A stretch of DNA of 64,000 nucleotides from Chiloscyllium plagiosum. Taxonomy: Eukaryota. The stretch is taken from contig NC_057754.1 in the NCBI RefSeq assembly GCF_004010195.1, positions 6,184,583-6,248,582 of the forward strand. The letters are read 5' to 3'. Position 1 is the stretch's first letter; the number at the start of each line of letters is the position of its first letter. Position numbers and translations under genes: made by a program. Below are positions 25,380 to 38,500 of the stretch, one piece after another. Under the pieces are notes generated by a model. It was given only the letters and a program-made list of their open reading frames with translations, was not told the origin of the DNA and searched no databases.

Positions 25380-27135
25380 CCAACTAACATTTGGATTTTC
25401 TTACCAAAATGTGCAGAGCTGTCTCACAGGCCAATCAAGGAACAGCCTGACATAGTCATACTCATGAAAACAGCCCTTACAGACAATGACCAGACACCAC
25501 CATCACCATCCCAAGATATTGAGATTGTGGTGATGGAAAAGCACAACAGGTCAGGCAGCATCCGAGGAGCAGGAGAATCGATGTTTGGAGCCTAAGCCCT
25601 TCATCAGCCTGCCCTGCTATGCTTTTCCAGCACCAGACTCTTGACTCTGATCTCCAGCATCTGCAGTCTTCACTTTCTCCTGAAATCTCTGGATATGTCC
25701 TGTCCCACCGGCAGGACAGACCAGGCAGAGGTGGTGGCACAGTGGTGTACAGACAGGGAGGATATGCCCTGGGAGTACTCAGCATTGGCTCCGGAGACCA
25801 GGATGTCTCATGACTCCTGCTGATTACCACGTACCATCCTCCCTTGGCTGATGGATCACTTCTCCTTCATGTTGAACAACTTTTGGAGGAAGCACGGAGG
25901 CAATAAAATGGTGTCAAACGTACAGGATTTCAATGTCCACAATCGACACTAGCTCTGGAACAGAATTACTGACGAAGCTGGCCAGGTCCTAAAGAAGAAA
26001 GTTGCTCAACTTAGTCTGCAGCGGGTGGTGAGGGAACCAAAAAGAGTGTAAAACATACTTTATCTCATTGTTATGAATTGACCAGCTGCAGATACATCTG
26101 TCCATGACAGTATTGGCAAGAGTGACCGTCACACATTCCTTTTGGAGACAAAGTCTTGCCTTAAAGTTGAGAAAAACCTCCATTGTGTTGAGTGGCACTA
26201 TCACCGTTCTAAATGGGACAGACTTTGAAGAGATGTCGGATCTCAAACTGTGTATCTCTGATCAACAGCAGCAGAACTGTACTCCAGCACAATCTGTAAT
26301 CTCATGTGTTTGTAAATCCCGCTCTCACACATCACAATGGACAGTAAAGGAGGGCATGCCATGAGCAACACCAGGCAGACTTAAAAATGAGGTGCCAACC
26401 TGGTGAAGCTATCAAACAGAACTACCTGCACATCAAACAGCATCAGCAGCAAGCAACAGAGCTCAGTGATCCTACATCCAATGGAACAGACCGGAGCTCT
26501 GCAGTTCTGCCACACCGAGCTGTGAACGGTGATGGACAATTAAACAACTCACTGGAGGAAGCATCACAAATATCCCCACCCTTACTGATGGAGGGGTCTC
26601 ACACATCCATGCACCAGATAAGACAACAACATTTGCAGCAATCTTCAGCCAGAAGTGCAAAGTGGGATGATCCATCTTAGCCTTCTCCGGTGGTTTCTAC
26701 CATCACAGATGTGAGTTTTAAGCCAGTTCGATTCAGTTTGAACAACATCAAGAAATGGTAAAATGCAAAGGCTATGGGCTCTGTCAACATTCTGGCAATA
26801 AAACTGATAGCTTGTGCTTCAGAACATGCCACCCACCAAGCCGAGTACCACTCCAGCACTGGCATCTACCGACAATGTGGAACTTTGCCCAGGGATGTTC
26901 AACACAAAAACACAGGGCAATCCAACCCAGGCAATTTCCCTCTATCAGTCCACACTCGATCAGCAGTAAAGTGATGGAAAATGTCATCTACAGGGCTACC
27001 AAGCAGCAGCTCTCAGCAACAGCCAGCTGAGCGACACTCATTTTAGGCTCCACCAGCGCCACTCAGCTCCCGATTGTGTTACCGCCCTGATTCACAATCT
27101 GGCAACCAGCTGTATCCCAGAGGCGAGGTGAGGGT
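25380..27135 (+). mobile_element. Decayed non-LTR retrotransposon ORF2 (APE-RT), a family distinct from the CR1 copies above
   Basis: KEQPDIVILMKT, GYVLSHRQDRPGRGGGTVVY, DFNVH-like, and PISPHSISSKVME (YRPISL-like). A related minus-strand RT fragment lies at ~36900-37110 and 43190-43395. Confidence 0.7.
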
Positions 27136-28371
27136 GACAGCCCAGTCCCACTCCAAGACCACTAATTCTATCTGATTCCATCCTTGTCTCTGCTCATACA
27201 CTTTCATCCATCTTGTGTTATCTCCAGACTTCATTATCCAAACACACTCCTGGCCAGCTTCCCACATTCAATCTCCCTGTAATCTCAAGAAGAAACTAAA
27301 TCTCTGCTGCCCAAGTACTCCCTCGTACCAAACCTTGTTGATCCATCAAATGGCTGCTATTCATAATCAACAATATAGAGCCACAGAGATGTACAGCATG
27401 GAAACAGACCCTTCAATCCAACCTGTCCATGCTGACCAGATATCCCAACCCAATCTAGTCTCACCTGCCAGCATCCCGCCCACATCCCTCAATTTAAAAT
27501 TCTCACTCTTGATTTAATTCCTGGTTGTGATCATCCCTAGCTCGCTGCATCTCACACCCTTTGAGACCTCGACAAACCATTCTGTTCAAGACTACCAATG
27601 ACCTGTTAATTCATTACTTCACCTGTGTGGCTGCTTTTACAGTTGCCAAAGCAACAAGGTCTGAAATTCGCAGCTAAAACCTCACACGTCTGCTTTCCCC
27701 CTTTAAGACATTCCTCAAAGCCTGCTTATTTGGCAATGGTTTTGGTCACCTGACCTAATATTATCCTTCTCTGGCCTTATGTCTAAAGTTCCAATAATAT
27801 TTTTGTGAAATTATAAGCAGGATAATAAAACTACAAACTATTCTTGATTTGGACATTATCTTCAAATAATCACTGTTGCTGTAATGAATAATCTATAATG
27901 CCACTTACCCAACCACATTGTGGGAGCACCTTCACCACACAAACTGCAGCTGTACAAGAAAGTCAAACATCACCCTCTCCCCAGGCAACAGGGCTTTGGC
28001 ATTAATCACTGGTATCTGTGGAAGGAGAAACACAGTTGATGTTTCAGGGAATTCAAAATGGATTACAGGGAATGAAAATGGTGCAGAAATTGATAGTTAG
28101 AAATGGAAGGAAAATACACTTGCTTATTGGAAAAAAGAATTCTTGACTGTCAAAGATATTCCAGAAAAAAATTAATAAGCAGCACATGGTCAGGGGCTGG
28201 GCGGCAGTGAAAAATTAACTTACAAAAATGTCTGTAAAAGTAATAGTAAAATACTAAACAGACCAAAAATACACCCATTGTTCGATACTGAGGAAGCTAG
28301 ATATTGACAAAGGGGTCATGAGGGAGCCCAGAGATGAAGCAGAGCAGTAGAGGTTGTTATGATCCTGCAGT

Positions 28372-29125
28372 CATAGAGATGTATAGCACTGACACAGACC
28401 CTTCGGTTTAACTCATCCATGCCAACCAAGTATCCAAACCTAATCTATTCCCATTTGCCATCACTTGGCACATATCCCTGTAAATGCTTCCTAATCATAT
28501 CATATGTCTATTTAGATGCCTTTAACATGTTTTAATTGTACTAGCCTCCACCACTTCCTCTGGCAGCTCATTGCACCCACTGCATGAAAGAGTTGTCCTT
28601 TAGGCCCCTTTGAAATTTTTATCCGTTTACCCTGAAGCAATGCCCTCTACTTCTGGACACGCCACTCCAGGGAAAACACCTTGTTCATTTACTCTATTCA
28701 TGCCCCTCATGATTCCAGGGAAAACAGCCCCAGCCTATTCAGCCTCTCCCTGTAGCTCAAGTCCTCTAACCCTGGCAACCTCCTTCTAAGTCTTTTCTGA
28801 ACCCTTTCAAGTTTCACAATATCCTTCCGAGAGGAAGGAGACGAGAATTGCATGCCATATTCCAACAGTGGCCTAACCCATGTCTAGTCCAGCCGCAACA
28901 TGACCTCTCAATTCCGAAACTAAAAACTCTGACCAATAAAGCAAAGCATACTAAACGCTGCCTTCACTATCTTATCCACCTGCCACTCTACTCTCACGGA
29001 GCTACGAACCTGCACTTCGAAGTCTCTTTGTTCAGCAACTCTCCCTCGGAGCTGACCATTAAGTGTATAAGTCCTGCTCAAATTTGCTTTCCAAAAATGC
29101 AGCACCTCGTGTTTATTGAAGTGGA
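28372..29125 (-). mobile_element. CR1 3' fragment
   Basis: LHFWKAN...VAEQRDFEVQV...KAAFSML motifs and the CR1 3' UTR shared with other copies. Confidence 0.8.
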
Positions 29126-29384
29126 ATAGAATTGAAGGTTTTGGGGTGTTTTTGAAACATGCCAGTCACACGTACATGGAAGTGAGTTGCACGTTGGAAT
29201 CTAAACGAGAGGGTTCCGGGTGATTCATAGAATCCCGACAGTGGGGAAACAAGCCCTGCAGCTCAACAAGACCACACTGACCCTCAGAACAATAACCCAT
29301 CCAGACCCATTTCCCCACATTTACCCCTGACTAATGCACCTCACCTACACATCCCTGAACACTGTGGGCAATTTTAACAGGGTT

Positions 29385-30509
29385 TGGATTGGATGGTTAA
29401 TGTACAGAATAACAGATATCCAGGAGTGTGATACAGACTGGAATATAATCAAAGGATTGAGGTGGCTAGTGTGCAGAGCTCCTTAAAATTGGAAGTCAGT
29501 TACAGATTGGAATTTTATCAAGGGGATTCGGGATGATTATGTGTAGAGTAACAGATACCCAGGAGTGAGCAGCAGATTACATTCAAATCGTGGGTATTGG
29601 GTGATTTATAGACAGATCAACGGGATACGAGAGGAGAGAAAGCAGAGGAGAAAGTACCCACCATGGACCAACTCAACAACGAGCTGAGCCAGACAGGATT
29701 CAACTGCTGTATGTGGAGGTTTCCATGTGTTCTGAAAGACGGGAGAGAAACAGGCAGATACCCACACTTTCTATGATGTTGCAGTCAAATGTCTGAAGGA
29801 CAGGGAATCCCTAAGCAGAGACGCAGAGTTAAACTCTGTTTAAACTCTCTCCATCACACACCCACACCCACACACATAGAAACTGAATATAATGTGGAGA
29901 AATGTCCATGTGCAGCACAGATTTCCAAACTGACTCAGTGACAGACGTAAACCCCGTTCTCTGCCCAGTCCCCACTTCCAGACCCAGGGAGGTTTTGTCC
30001 CTGACCCAGGGCAGGTTTCTGACTGGATATTATTACATTGCAACATGAAGGTACTGAGTGTAACAGTTTGCTACATCCCATCATGTCATCTACTTTGCTG
30101 TCAGTGTTTTGTGAATTATATTGAAAACATTGGCAGGTGCAAGAGAATATTCTGGAAGGTGATATGCAATAAGAATGGAAAAAGCTGAAAGTTTCTGTGG
30201 AAAATGATGTGAAATTCTGAAACAGTATTGTTCAGATGCTACAGCTGATCATGTACGTAAACATCAGTAAGTTAACATGATGGTAGTGCCAGCAGATAGG
30301 AGGACCCGTGATACATTGATCATTATTGAGATTAGATTGTGTTGGCAACATGAGCTTAACATGACATGAAGTGGAATCAAATCAATGGGTGGTTAATATA
30401 CAAAATAACAGATAACCCTGAGTGAGTTAAGGCATGGAATCTAATTAAGGGGTTCAGGCTGGTTTATATACAGACTAACAGATAGCCCTGGGTGAGTTAC
30501 AGCTTGGAA
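29385..30509. repeat. Degenerate ~70-bp satellite units (29385-29630 and 30385-30509, running into the gap)
   Basis: Recurrent TACAGAATAACAGATAnCC.GGAGTGAGTTACAG.TGGAAT.TAAT..AGGGG. Confidence 0.6.
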
Positions 30510-31009
30510 NNNNNNNNNNNNNNNNNNNNNNNNNNNNNNNNNNNNNNNNNNNNNNNNNNNNNNNNNNNNNNNNNNNNNNNNNNNNNNNNNNNNNNNNNNN
30601 NNNNNNNNNNNNNNNNNNNNNNNNNNNNNNNNNNNNNNNNNNNNNNNNNNNNNNNNNNNNNNNNNNNNNNNNNNNNNNNNNNNNNNNNNNNNNNNNNNNN
30701 NNNNNNNNNNNNNNNNNNNNNNNNNNNNNNNNNNNNNNNNNNNNNNNNNNNNNNNNNNNNNNNNNNNNNNNNNNNNNNNNNNNNNNNNNNNNNNNNNNNN
30801 NNNNNNNNNNNNNNNNNNNNNNNNNNNNNNNNNNNNNNNNNNNNNNNNNNNNNNNNNNNNNNNNNNNNNNNNNNNNNNNNNNNNNNNNNNNNNNNNNNNN
30901 NNNNNNNNNNNNNNNNNNNNNNNNNNNNNNNNNNNNNNNNNNNNNNNNNNNNNNNNNNNNNNNNNNNNNNNNNNNNNNNNNNNNNNNNNNNNNNNNNNNN
31001 NNNNNNNNN

Positions 31010-32550
31010 CTCATGTGTTGTGATATGGACTGTCCCTACAATATCACCACTAACTTTCCCAAGTTCCCAAGTATTCATGTCTTTCTCCACGGTAATCACA
31101 GAGGAGAAATATTCATTGAGGACCTCACGCTTCTCTTATGGTTCCACACATACGTGTCCACTTTGGCCTTTGAGGGATCCTATTTTAACTCTAGTTATTG
31201 TGTTTCCTTTATTATACTTAAAGTGCGTTTTTGGATTCATCCTAATCATCTCAACCAAAGCTCTTTCATTATCCCTTTTCGCCCTCCTGATTTCCATAGT
31301 CAGTAAACTCCTGTATCCCTTATATACCTCCAGAGATTCCCTTGATCCCAGCTTCCTGCACCTGAACCACGCCTCAACCTTTTTACCTGTCAAAGCTTAA
31401 ATATCTCTTGTCACCCAGGGTCCGCCAATCCTGCCAATCTTGCCCTTTATCCTCACAGGAACAGATAGTCCTTGAACTCTAGCTGTCTCACTTTTAAAGG
31501 CCTCCCATTTGGCAGACGTCCCTTTGCCTGCAAACAGGCTACTCTAATAAACGGTTCCTGAAGAAGGGCTCATGCCAGAAACATCGATTCTCCTGCTCAT
31601 TGGATGCTGCCTGACCTGCAATGCTTTTCCAGCAACACATTTTCTACTCTAATAAACCTCTGCAAGCTCCCATCTAATTAAATCAACATTCACCTTGCCC
31701 CAATCTAGAACTTGAACTTGTGGACCAGTTTTGTCCCTCTCCATAACTATTTGAAAATTAATAGACCGATGGTCACTCGTTCCCAAAGAACTCCCCCACT
31801 GTCACCTCAGTCACTTGTTATGTCCTGTTTCCCAGTAGTTATTCGAGTTTTGCCCCTTCCCGAGTAGGGCCCTCTACATAACTGTTTGAGGAAACTTTCC
31901 TGGTGCACTTACTGCATTCCACGCCATCAAATTCCTTAATGCTCTGGAACTCTCAGTTTGTTACAAAAATTAAAATCCCATATTATGACAACACAATTGC
32001 TCCTGCATGTCTCCCCTCTCGCTGCATATGTGTTACTCTAATTCACGTTGACTATTTTGGGGCCTATAGTACAACCCCTGTAACATCGCCATCCCCTTCT
32101 TACTTCTCATCTCGATCCACAAAGCCTCACTGAACGATCTTTCAGTTATTTTATCTTTGATCACTGCTGTGATACTTACCTGAATCAAAAATGCAACTCC
32201 TCCTCCCCTCCTTCCAACATCCCTGTCCCGCCTAAAACATCTGTACCCTGGTACATTAAGCTGCCAGTCCTGACTCTCCCTCAGCCATTTTTCTGTTATG
32301 GCTATAATATCCCAGTCCCACGTACCAATCCACGCCCTGAGTTTATTTGTATTACCTGTCAGCCACTTTGCATTGAAATAGATGCAATTTAATCTAACAG
32401 GCATTCCTTGCTCCCTATCATGTGCCAGCCTGACCTGTGTCTTCAACTTACTATTTCTGATTGCTGTATCTCCTTCCAGCCTTGCACTTGCCCCCCTGGT
32501 CTTCAGACTACCACTCCCTGCCAATATAGTTTAAACCCTTCCTTGTAGCA
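31010..32550 (-). mobile_element. CR1 ORF2 N-terminal (APE endonuclease) fragment; duplicated at 37930-38835
   Basis: ORF 32033-32524: LNCIYFNAK...WDIIAITEKWL...PGYRCFRRDR...GGGVA...EALWIEM...GLYYRP. Confidence 0.85.
31553..31643 (+). mobile_element. 91-bp insertion of the same hammerhead-bearing family, with 14-bp TSD, inside a CR1
   Basis: CTACTCTAATAAAC at 31539-31552 and 31644-31657; insert begins GGTTCCTGAAGAAGGGCTCATGCCAGAAACATCG. Further family members at ~3114-3255, 25520-25680, 32850-32960, 37849-37930 and 46315-46440. Confidence 0.75.
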
Positions 32551-35500
32551 CTAGCAAAACTTGCCACCAAGATACTGGTCTCCTCCCCAGTGCATGTGGG
32601 GAGGAGACCACACGGTATCAATGTCAACATCACCAGTTTCCTCATCTCCCCTCCCCCACCTTATCCCAGATCCAACTCTCCAACTCGCCACCACCCCCTT
32701 GAACTGTACAACCTGACCATCTTCCTTCCCACGTATCTGATCCACCTTCCGCTCTGACCTATCGCTATCACCACCCACCTTCATCTAACTATCACCTTCT
32801 AAGTATCCTTCCCCCAGCCACACCTCCTCCCATTTATCTCTCAGCCCCCTTGTCTGAAATGTCCCAAACCCTGCTCCTCAGATGCTGCCAGATCGACTGT
32901 GCTTTGCCAGCACCATATTTTTTGACTGTGATCTCCAGCATCTGCAGTCCTCACTTTCTCCTGCAGAAGGATTTGGACAGGTTAGGAGAGTGGATAAAGA
33001 ACTGGGAGACGGAGTACAGTGTCGGAAAATGTGAGGTAATGCACTTTGGTAGGAAGTCGAGAGGCATGGGCTATTTTCAAAATGGGGAGTAAAATTAGAA
33101 ATCTGAAGTGCAAAGAGATTTGGGATTTCTAGTCCAGGAGTTTCTAAAGGTAATCTTGCAGGTTGTCAGTAGTTAGAAAGACAAACACAATGATGGCATT
33201 TATTTCAAGAGGGCTTGAATATAAAAGCAGGGATGTACTTTGGAAGCTGTATAAGGCTCTGGTCAGACTACATTTGGTGTATTGTGCACAGTTTTGGGCC
33301 CCATATCTCAGAAAGGATGTAGTGGCCCTGGAGGATGTTCGGAGGAGATTCACGAGAGTAGTCCCAGAAATGAAAAGCTTAACGTATGAGAAACATTTGA
33401 GAACTCTGAATCAATATTTGATGGAGTTTAGAAGGATGTGGGGGGTATGTAATTGAAGCTTACAGAATATTGAATGACGTGGACAGAGTGGATGTTGAGA
33501 AGATGTTTCTATTAATAGGAGAGACTAGGACCCGAGGGGGCAGCGTAAAGGGAAGATCTTTTAAATCAGAGATAAGGAGAAACTTCTTCAGCCAGGGAAT
33601 GGTGAATCTGTGGAATTCACTGCCAGAGAAGGCTGTAGAGGCCAGGTTATTGAGAATATTTAAGATAGGTAAGTGCTTGATTGTCAAGGGAATCAAGGGT
33701 TATGGGAAGGAAGTGGGAGAATGGGGTTGAGAAGCCTCACAGCCATGATCAAATAGAAGAGCAGACTCAATGGGCTGAATGGCCAAATATCTGTTCCTAT
33801 GTCCTCTGGTCTTTTGGTTAATATTGGTTCTCCTCATTCCTCATTATATATACGTCCTTGAATCTGGCCTTCATATGGTTTCTAAAGAGAAACTTTCCAA
33901 TTCTGATGACTGGGCAATAACATTATCCCTCCCTCCAGTCTCAGGAGTAATTTCCCCCAATTCTCTCTGTTTCTGTCTCCTCCCCAATGTTACAATCACG
34001 CAGTCCAATAAATGGCACTTAATCAGAGTTCATTGCAATCTATAACATCAGCAGCTGACCCCCACTTGCCCTCTCTGATATTCGAATAACAATCTGACTT
34101 GTATTTGTCATGTACAAGTCTCTGTTAACATATACATACAGTTTGTCTGTTATGACCCATATAGTCTTAAGCACATTTTCTCGTCAGATTATGGACTATA
34201 AACGTTCTCTCAACATGAAAATTACTGATCAGTAGTTGCAGGCTGTATGTTTCCATTTATAAACGGATAAATCTATTAATGTTCCAACAATCCTTTGGCA
34301 TCAATCCCATATCCAAGTCTGATTGAATCAATCCACCATCTCCAACATTTCTTCCATCAGTCCCCCCCCCCGAATGTGTACATTTTAAACGTTATTTTGA
34401 ACTTTAATAATATCAGTATTGAATTGAAAGGGGTTAACTGCAATTATTTGGTCAGCAACTGTGATTAATGTCAAACTCCAGTGGAATCTAATTATCCCAC
34501 ACGAGTGTGTTCATCGTTTAATAATAAATGGGCTCCATTTAATATGTTATCCCATAGCATGAGAGGGAGCATCACCGACAGCACTAACAGGGATCAGCAG
34601 CTTCAGAGAGAAGGGAAGGAAAGATCAGATTCTTACAACAATAGACTGGAATGTTCCAGCAATGGATCAGAATCTGAGAACATTAGACGGGAATGTTTCA
34701 GCAATGGACAGGAGTTTATCTGAGGGTCTTGACTGGGTTTCTCAGCCTTGGATATCATTAGCATCGCGATTCCAGGATATCCTTTGGATTATTCAAGATG
34801 GTTACTATCCCAGCCTCGCTACAGTTAGTGTTCCCAGTAAGTCATTGAATTTTTGCTAATGATATGTAAGATTTGGAAAAGTGGAAATCAATGTCTCAGG
34901 TTCCAATCAAAAATTCCTTTCCGTGTAAGTTCTATAAAGCAAATTATTATTTAAAAGTTACTCACTGATATGGGTGGAGGACCCAGACTGTTCTCAAACT
35001 TCATAATCCTTTCTGTCCTGCACAGATTTTCATTTCCATATCCTCCCCACCCACCAATCCTGTCCAGGACCACCATTATGACGTCACAGTCTCCGCCTCC
35101 GCCTCAGTGCAACTGCTGAATAAACCATCGTTTGTGCCTTTGTTAACTCCGGATATAGCTGTTTAATGTCCCTTCTAATCATGTGTCCATTGCAAAATAA
35201 TTGTACTTGGGATGCTTAAATTGATCTCTGCACAGAATCTGTCAGACGGGAAGACAGTGTATGGAGCTCCATTAATTGATTCACAATCTACTGCCATAGA
35301 ATAATAATCCGTTGATATCTCATGAAGGAAATTGATATAATTAAAATGGAACGATTATCATTTGTGAGAAAATTCCACCTGCTTGCCTCATGTCTTTTAG
35401 AGAAGACAATGTGCCATCCTTCCCTGATCAGGTCTCTGTGTGACTGCAAACCCACAGCAATGTTTTTGACTCTTTACTGTCCTGTGGAACAGCTGAACCA

Positions 35501-38500
35501 GTCACTCAGTTCAAGATAGGCATGACATGCTAGCCTGACCAGGGCTGCACACATCCCGTGAGGGAAGAACAAAAGGAAACATAGCTCTCTTCCTCTGCCT
35601 GTTTCCCATATTCCTACAGCGTATTCTATCTATTTGCAGTTATTCACAAGAGTCATATTCATCTCCGTCTATGGTGTTGGCTTTATTGCTGTTGATGTAC
35701 AGACGTAAGGAACTTGTAAAATCCGCATCAGTCGCAGGGCAGAGAAAAGGAATGGCTTTTTACGCAACAGGATAGAAACAGAGACGACTACGAGTGGGAA
35801 AAGAATTATTGTGATCAAGCCTGAGACTGTTGTTGAGGAGGTATTTGGAGTATTGTGGACAGGCTGTCACTCCTTTATAAGGAATCATCTCCTCGCCACA
35901 GAGAGTGTGCAATGGAGTTTCACCAGACTAATTCCTGGGATGGTGGTACCATGAAGAGTGAGTGAAGGTAAATCTGTAGCGCGGTGAGGGAATATGACGT
36001 GATTGCATTGAACCTTGAGGGGTATGGACAATCACTCATTATGTTCTAAACAGACACTAAGAATGAGATAAATTCCATGATTTGTTTTTTTTTACTCGGG
36101 TTACATGATTCTCAATAGTTTAAATGCCTCTGAAAATACTTCCCCCACTTCACCCCCACTCCCCATGTCGATTGAGAGAGTGTTTGAGACTTTTGAATAA
36201 ACTCTCCCCACATTAATATAGTGCATCTGATGGATGATCCTGCACTGAACGTCACGTTATCCACAATCCCGACAGCAGCCAAAATACCTTCATTCTAAAA
36301 GAGTTAACTATTGCCACCAGCTTCTGACCCCTGTGGAGAACATGGGAATGTCTCCTCGGAGATGGAAAATGCCTCCTTGAGACTTGACACAAAACATTTG
36401 TCTTCCCTCCTCACTGCTAGCAAACCACGTTAAAGTGTCACGTGTCCCACAAACAATGGAACCATGATTAACTTCATGGAAACCTTCTATCAGTGCAGTA
36501 TCTGCTTCATTGGTTTGCCATGTTGGAGCATCAATGACATACTCCTGTTCTGTATCAGCCCTTAAGGGGCTGAATGACCTCATCCTGGTCCCATGGAACA
36601 GGTTCAAGTGTCTGATTGGACTCTGCACGTTTCTGTTTAACAATTAGATGCACTGACCAGACTGCTTCTCTTCCTGTGGAAGAGGCAGAAGGATTGAATG
36701 GGCAGTCACTCTTCCTGCTCAGTAATTTCAGTCATGACTTCCACATATCCGTGTGCAACCAGCTTTAGATGCAGAATGAGCTCCTCTTTTCATTGTGGAA
36801 ATGTGCAGTGTCTGGCGGCTCTGTTACATGAATGTTACCGACACTTTAACAGCACAGGCCTGAATGGTGTCCAGGTCTCGCTGCACATGGACACAGACCA
36901 GTTAAGGAGCTGACAGGGGACAACATGTTCTGAACGTTGTGTGATCTTCAGTGACTATCCCAATTTCTGATCTTATGGTGGGGGAAAGACATTGATGAAG
37001 CAGCTGGAGATGTTTGTGACAAGGAAGCTATCCTGAAGATCTCCTGCAGAGATGTCCTAGGACTGAAAGGATTGATGTCCACAAACCACGAATATCTTCC
37101 GTTGTGCTATGGATGACCACAACCACAGGAGATATTGTGGCTGATACATGTTAAATTTAATTTAGTCAGCGTTTGTTGATACCATCCTGATTCAACTCCT
37201 GCCTTGATATCAGGGTCTGTCACTCTTAGCTGGACTCCTGAGTTCACCTCATTTGAACATATCAATAGGTTATTGTGTCTGTGTGGGAAGTGTTTTCTTC
37301 TCACAAACGATAGTGAATGCCAAGAACTATCTGGGCTAGAGAGTTCAGGGAGCTAGATCACCGAATATACTTACAGAGGAGATAGATTGCTTTTTGACCT
37401 CTATCATTGAGTTGAGGTATGTGAAGAATTGGGAATTGAATGGAGTTTATGCCAACAGTGGATCATCCATGATCGTATACAATGGCAAGGCAGGATTGAC
37501 CGGACGAATGATCTCATCCTGTTCCTTATGTTCTCATCTCCTGTAACTGGAAAGTTAATGGATGTAATTTTCTTGAATGTTCTGTCATTGAATGTTGCAA
37601 TCAGAGATAGCAAAGTATTTTGTGTATCATCTCTGAGTGTTGNNNNNNNNNNNNNNNNNNNNNNNNNNNNNNNNNNNNNNNNNNNNNNNNNNNNNNNNNN
37701 NNNNNNNNNNNNNNNNNNNNNNNNNNNNNNNNNNNNNNNNNNNNNNNNNNNNNNNNNNNNNNNNNNNNNNNNNNNNNNNNNNNNNNNNNNNNNNNNNNNN
37801 NNNNNNNNNNNNNNNNNNNNNNNNNNNNNNNNNNNNNNNNNNNNNNNNAGGGCTCATGCCCGAAACATCGATTCTCCTGCTCCTTGGATGCTGCCTGACC
37901 TGCTGCGCTTTTCCAGCAACACATTTTCTTCTCTAATAAACCTCTGCAAGCTCCCATCTAATTAAATCAACATTCACCTTGCCCCAATCTAGAACTTGAA
38001 CTTGTGGACCAGTTTTGTCCCTCTCCATAACTATTTGAAAATTAATAGACCGATGGTCACTCGTTCCCAAAGAACTCCCCCACTGTCACCTCAGTCACTT
38101 GTTATGTCCTGTTTCCCAGTAGTTATTCGAGTTTTGCCCCTTCCCGAGTAGGGCCCTCTACATAACTGTTTGAGGAAACTTTCCTGGTGCACTTACTGCA
38201 TTCCACGCCATCAAATTCCTTAATGCTCTGGAACTCTCAGTTTGTTACAAAAATTAAAATCCCATATTATGACAACACAATTGCTCCTGCATGTCTCCCC
38301 TCTCGCTGCATATGTGTTACTCTAATTCACGTTGACTATTTTGGGGCCTATAGTACAACCCCTGTAACATCGCCATCCCCTTCTTACTTCTCATCTCGAT
38401 CCACAAAGCCTCACTGAACGATCTTTCAGTTATTTTATCTTTGATCACTGCTGTGATACTTACCTGAATCAAAAATGCAACTCCTCCTCCCCTCCTTCCA

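Noticed and set aside
35079..35086. CRE site TGACGTCA (duplicated at ~41363)
   Set aside because: A single 8-mer with little supporting context; the second copy arises only from the tandem duplication.
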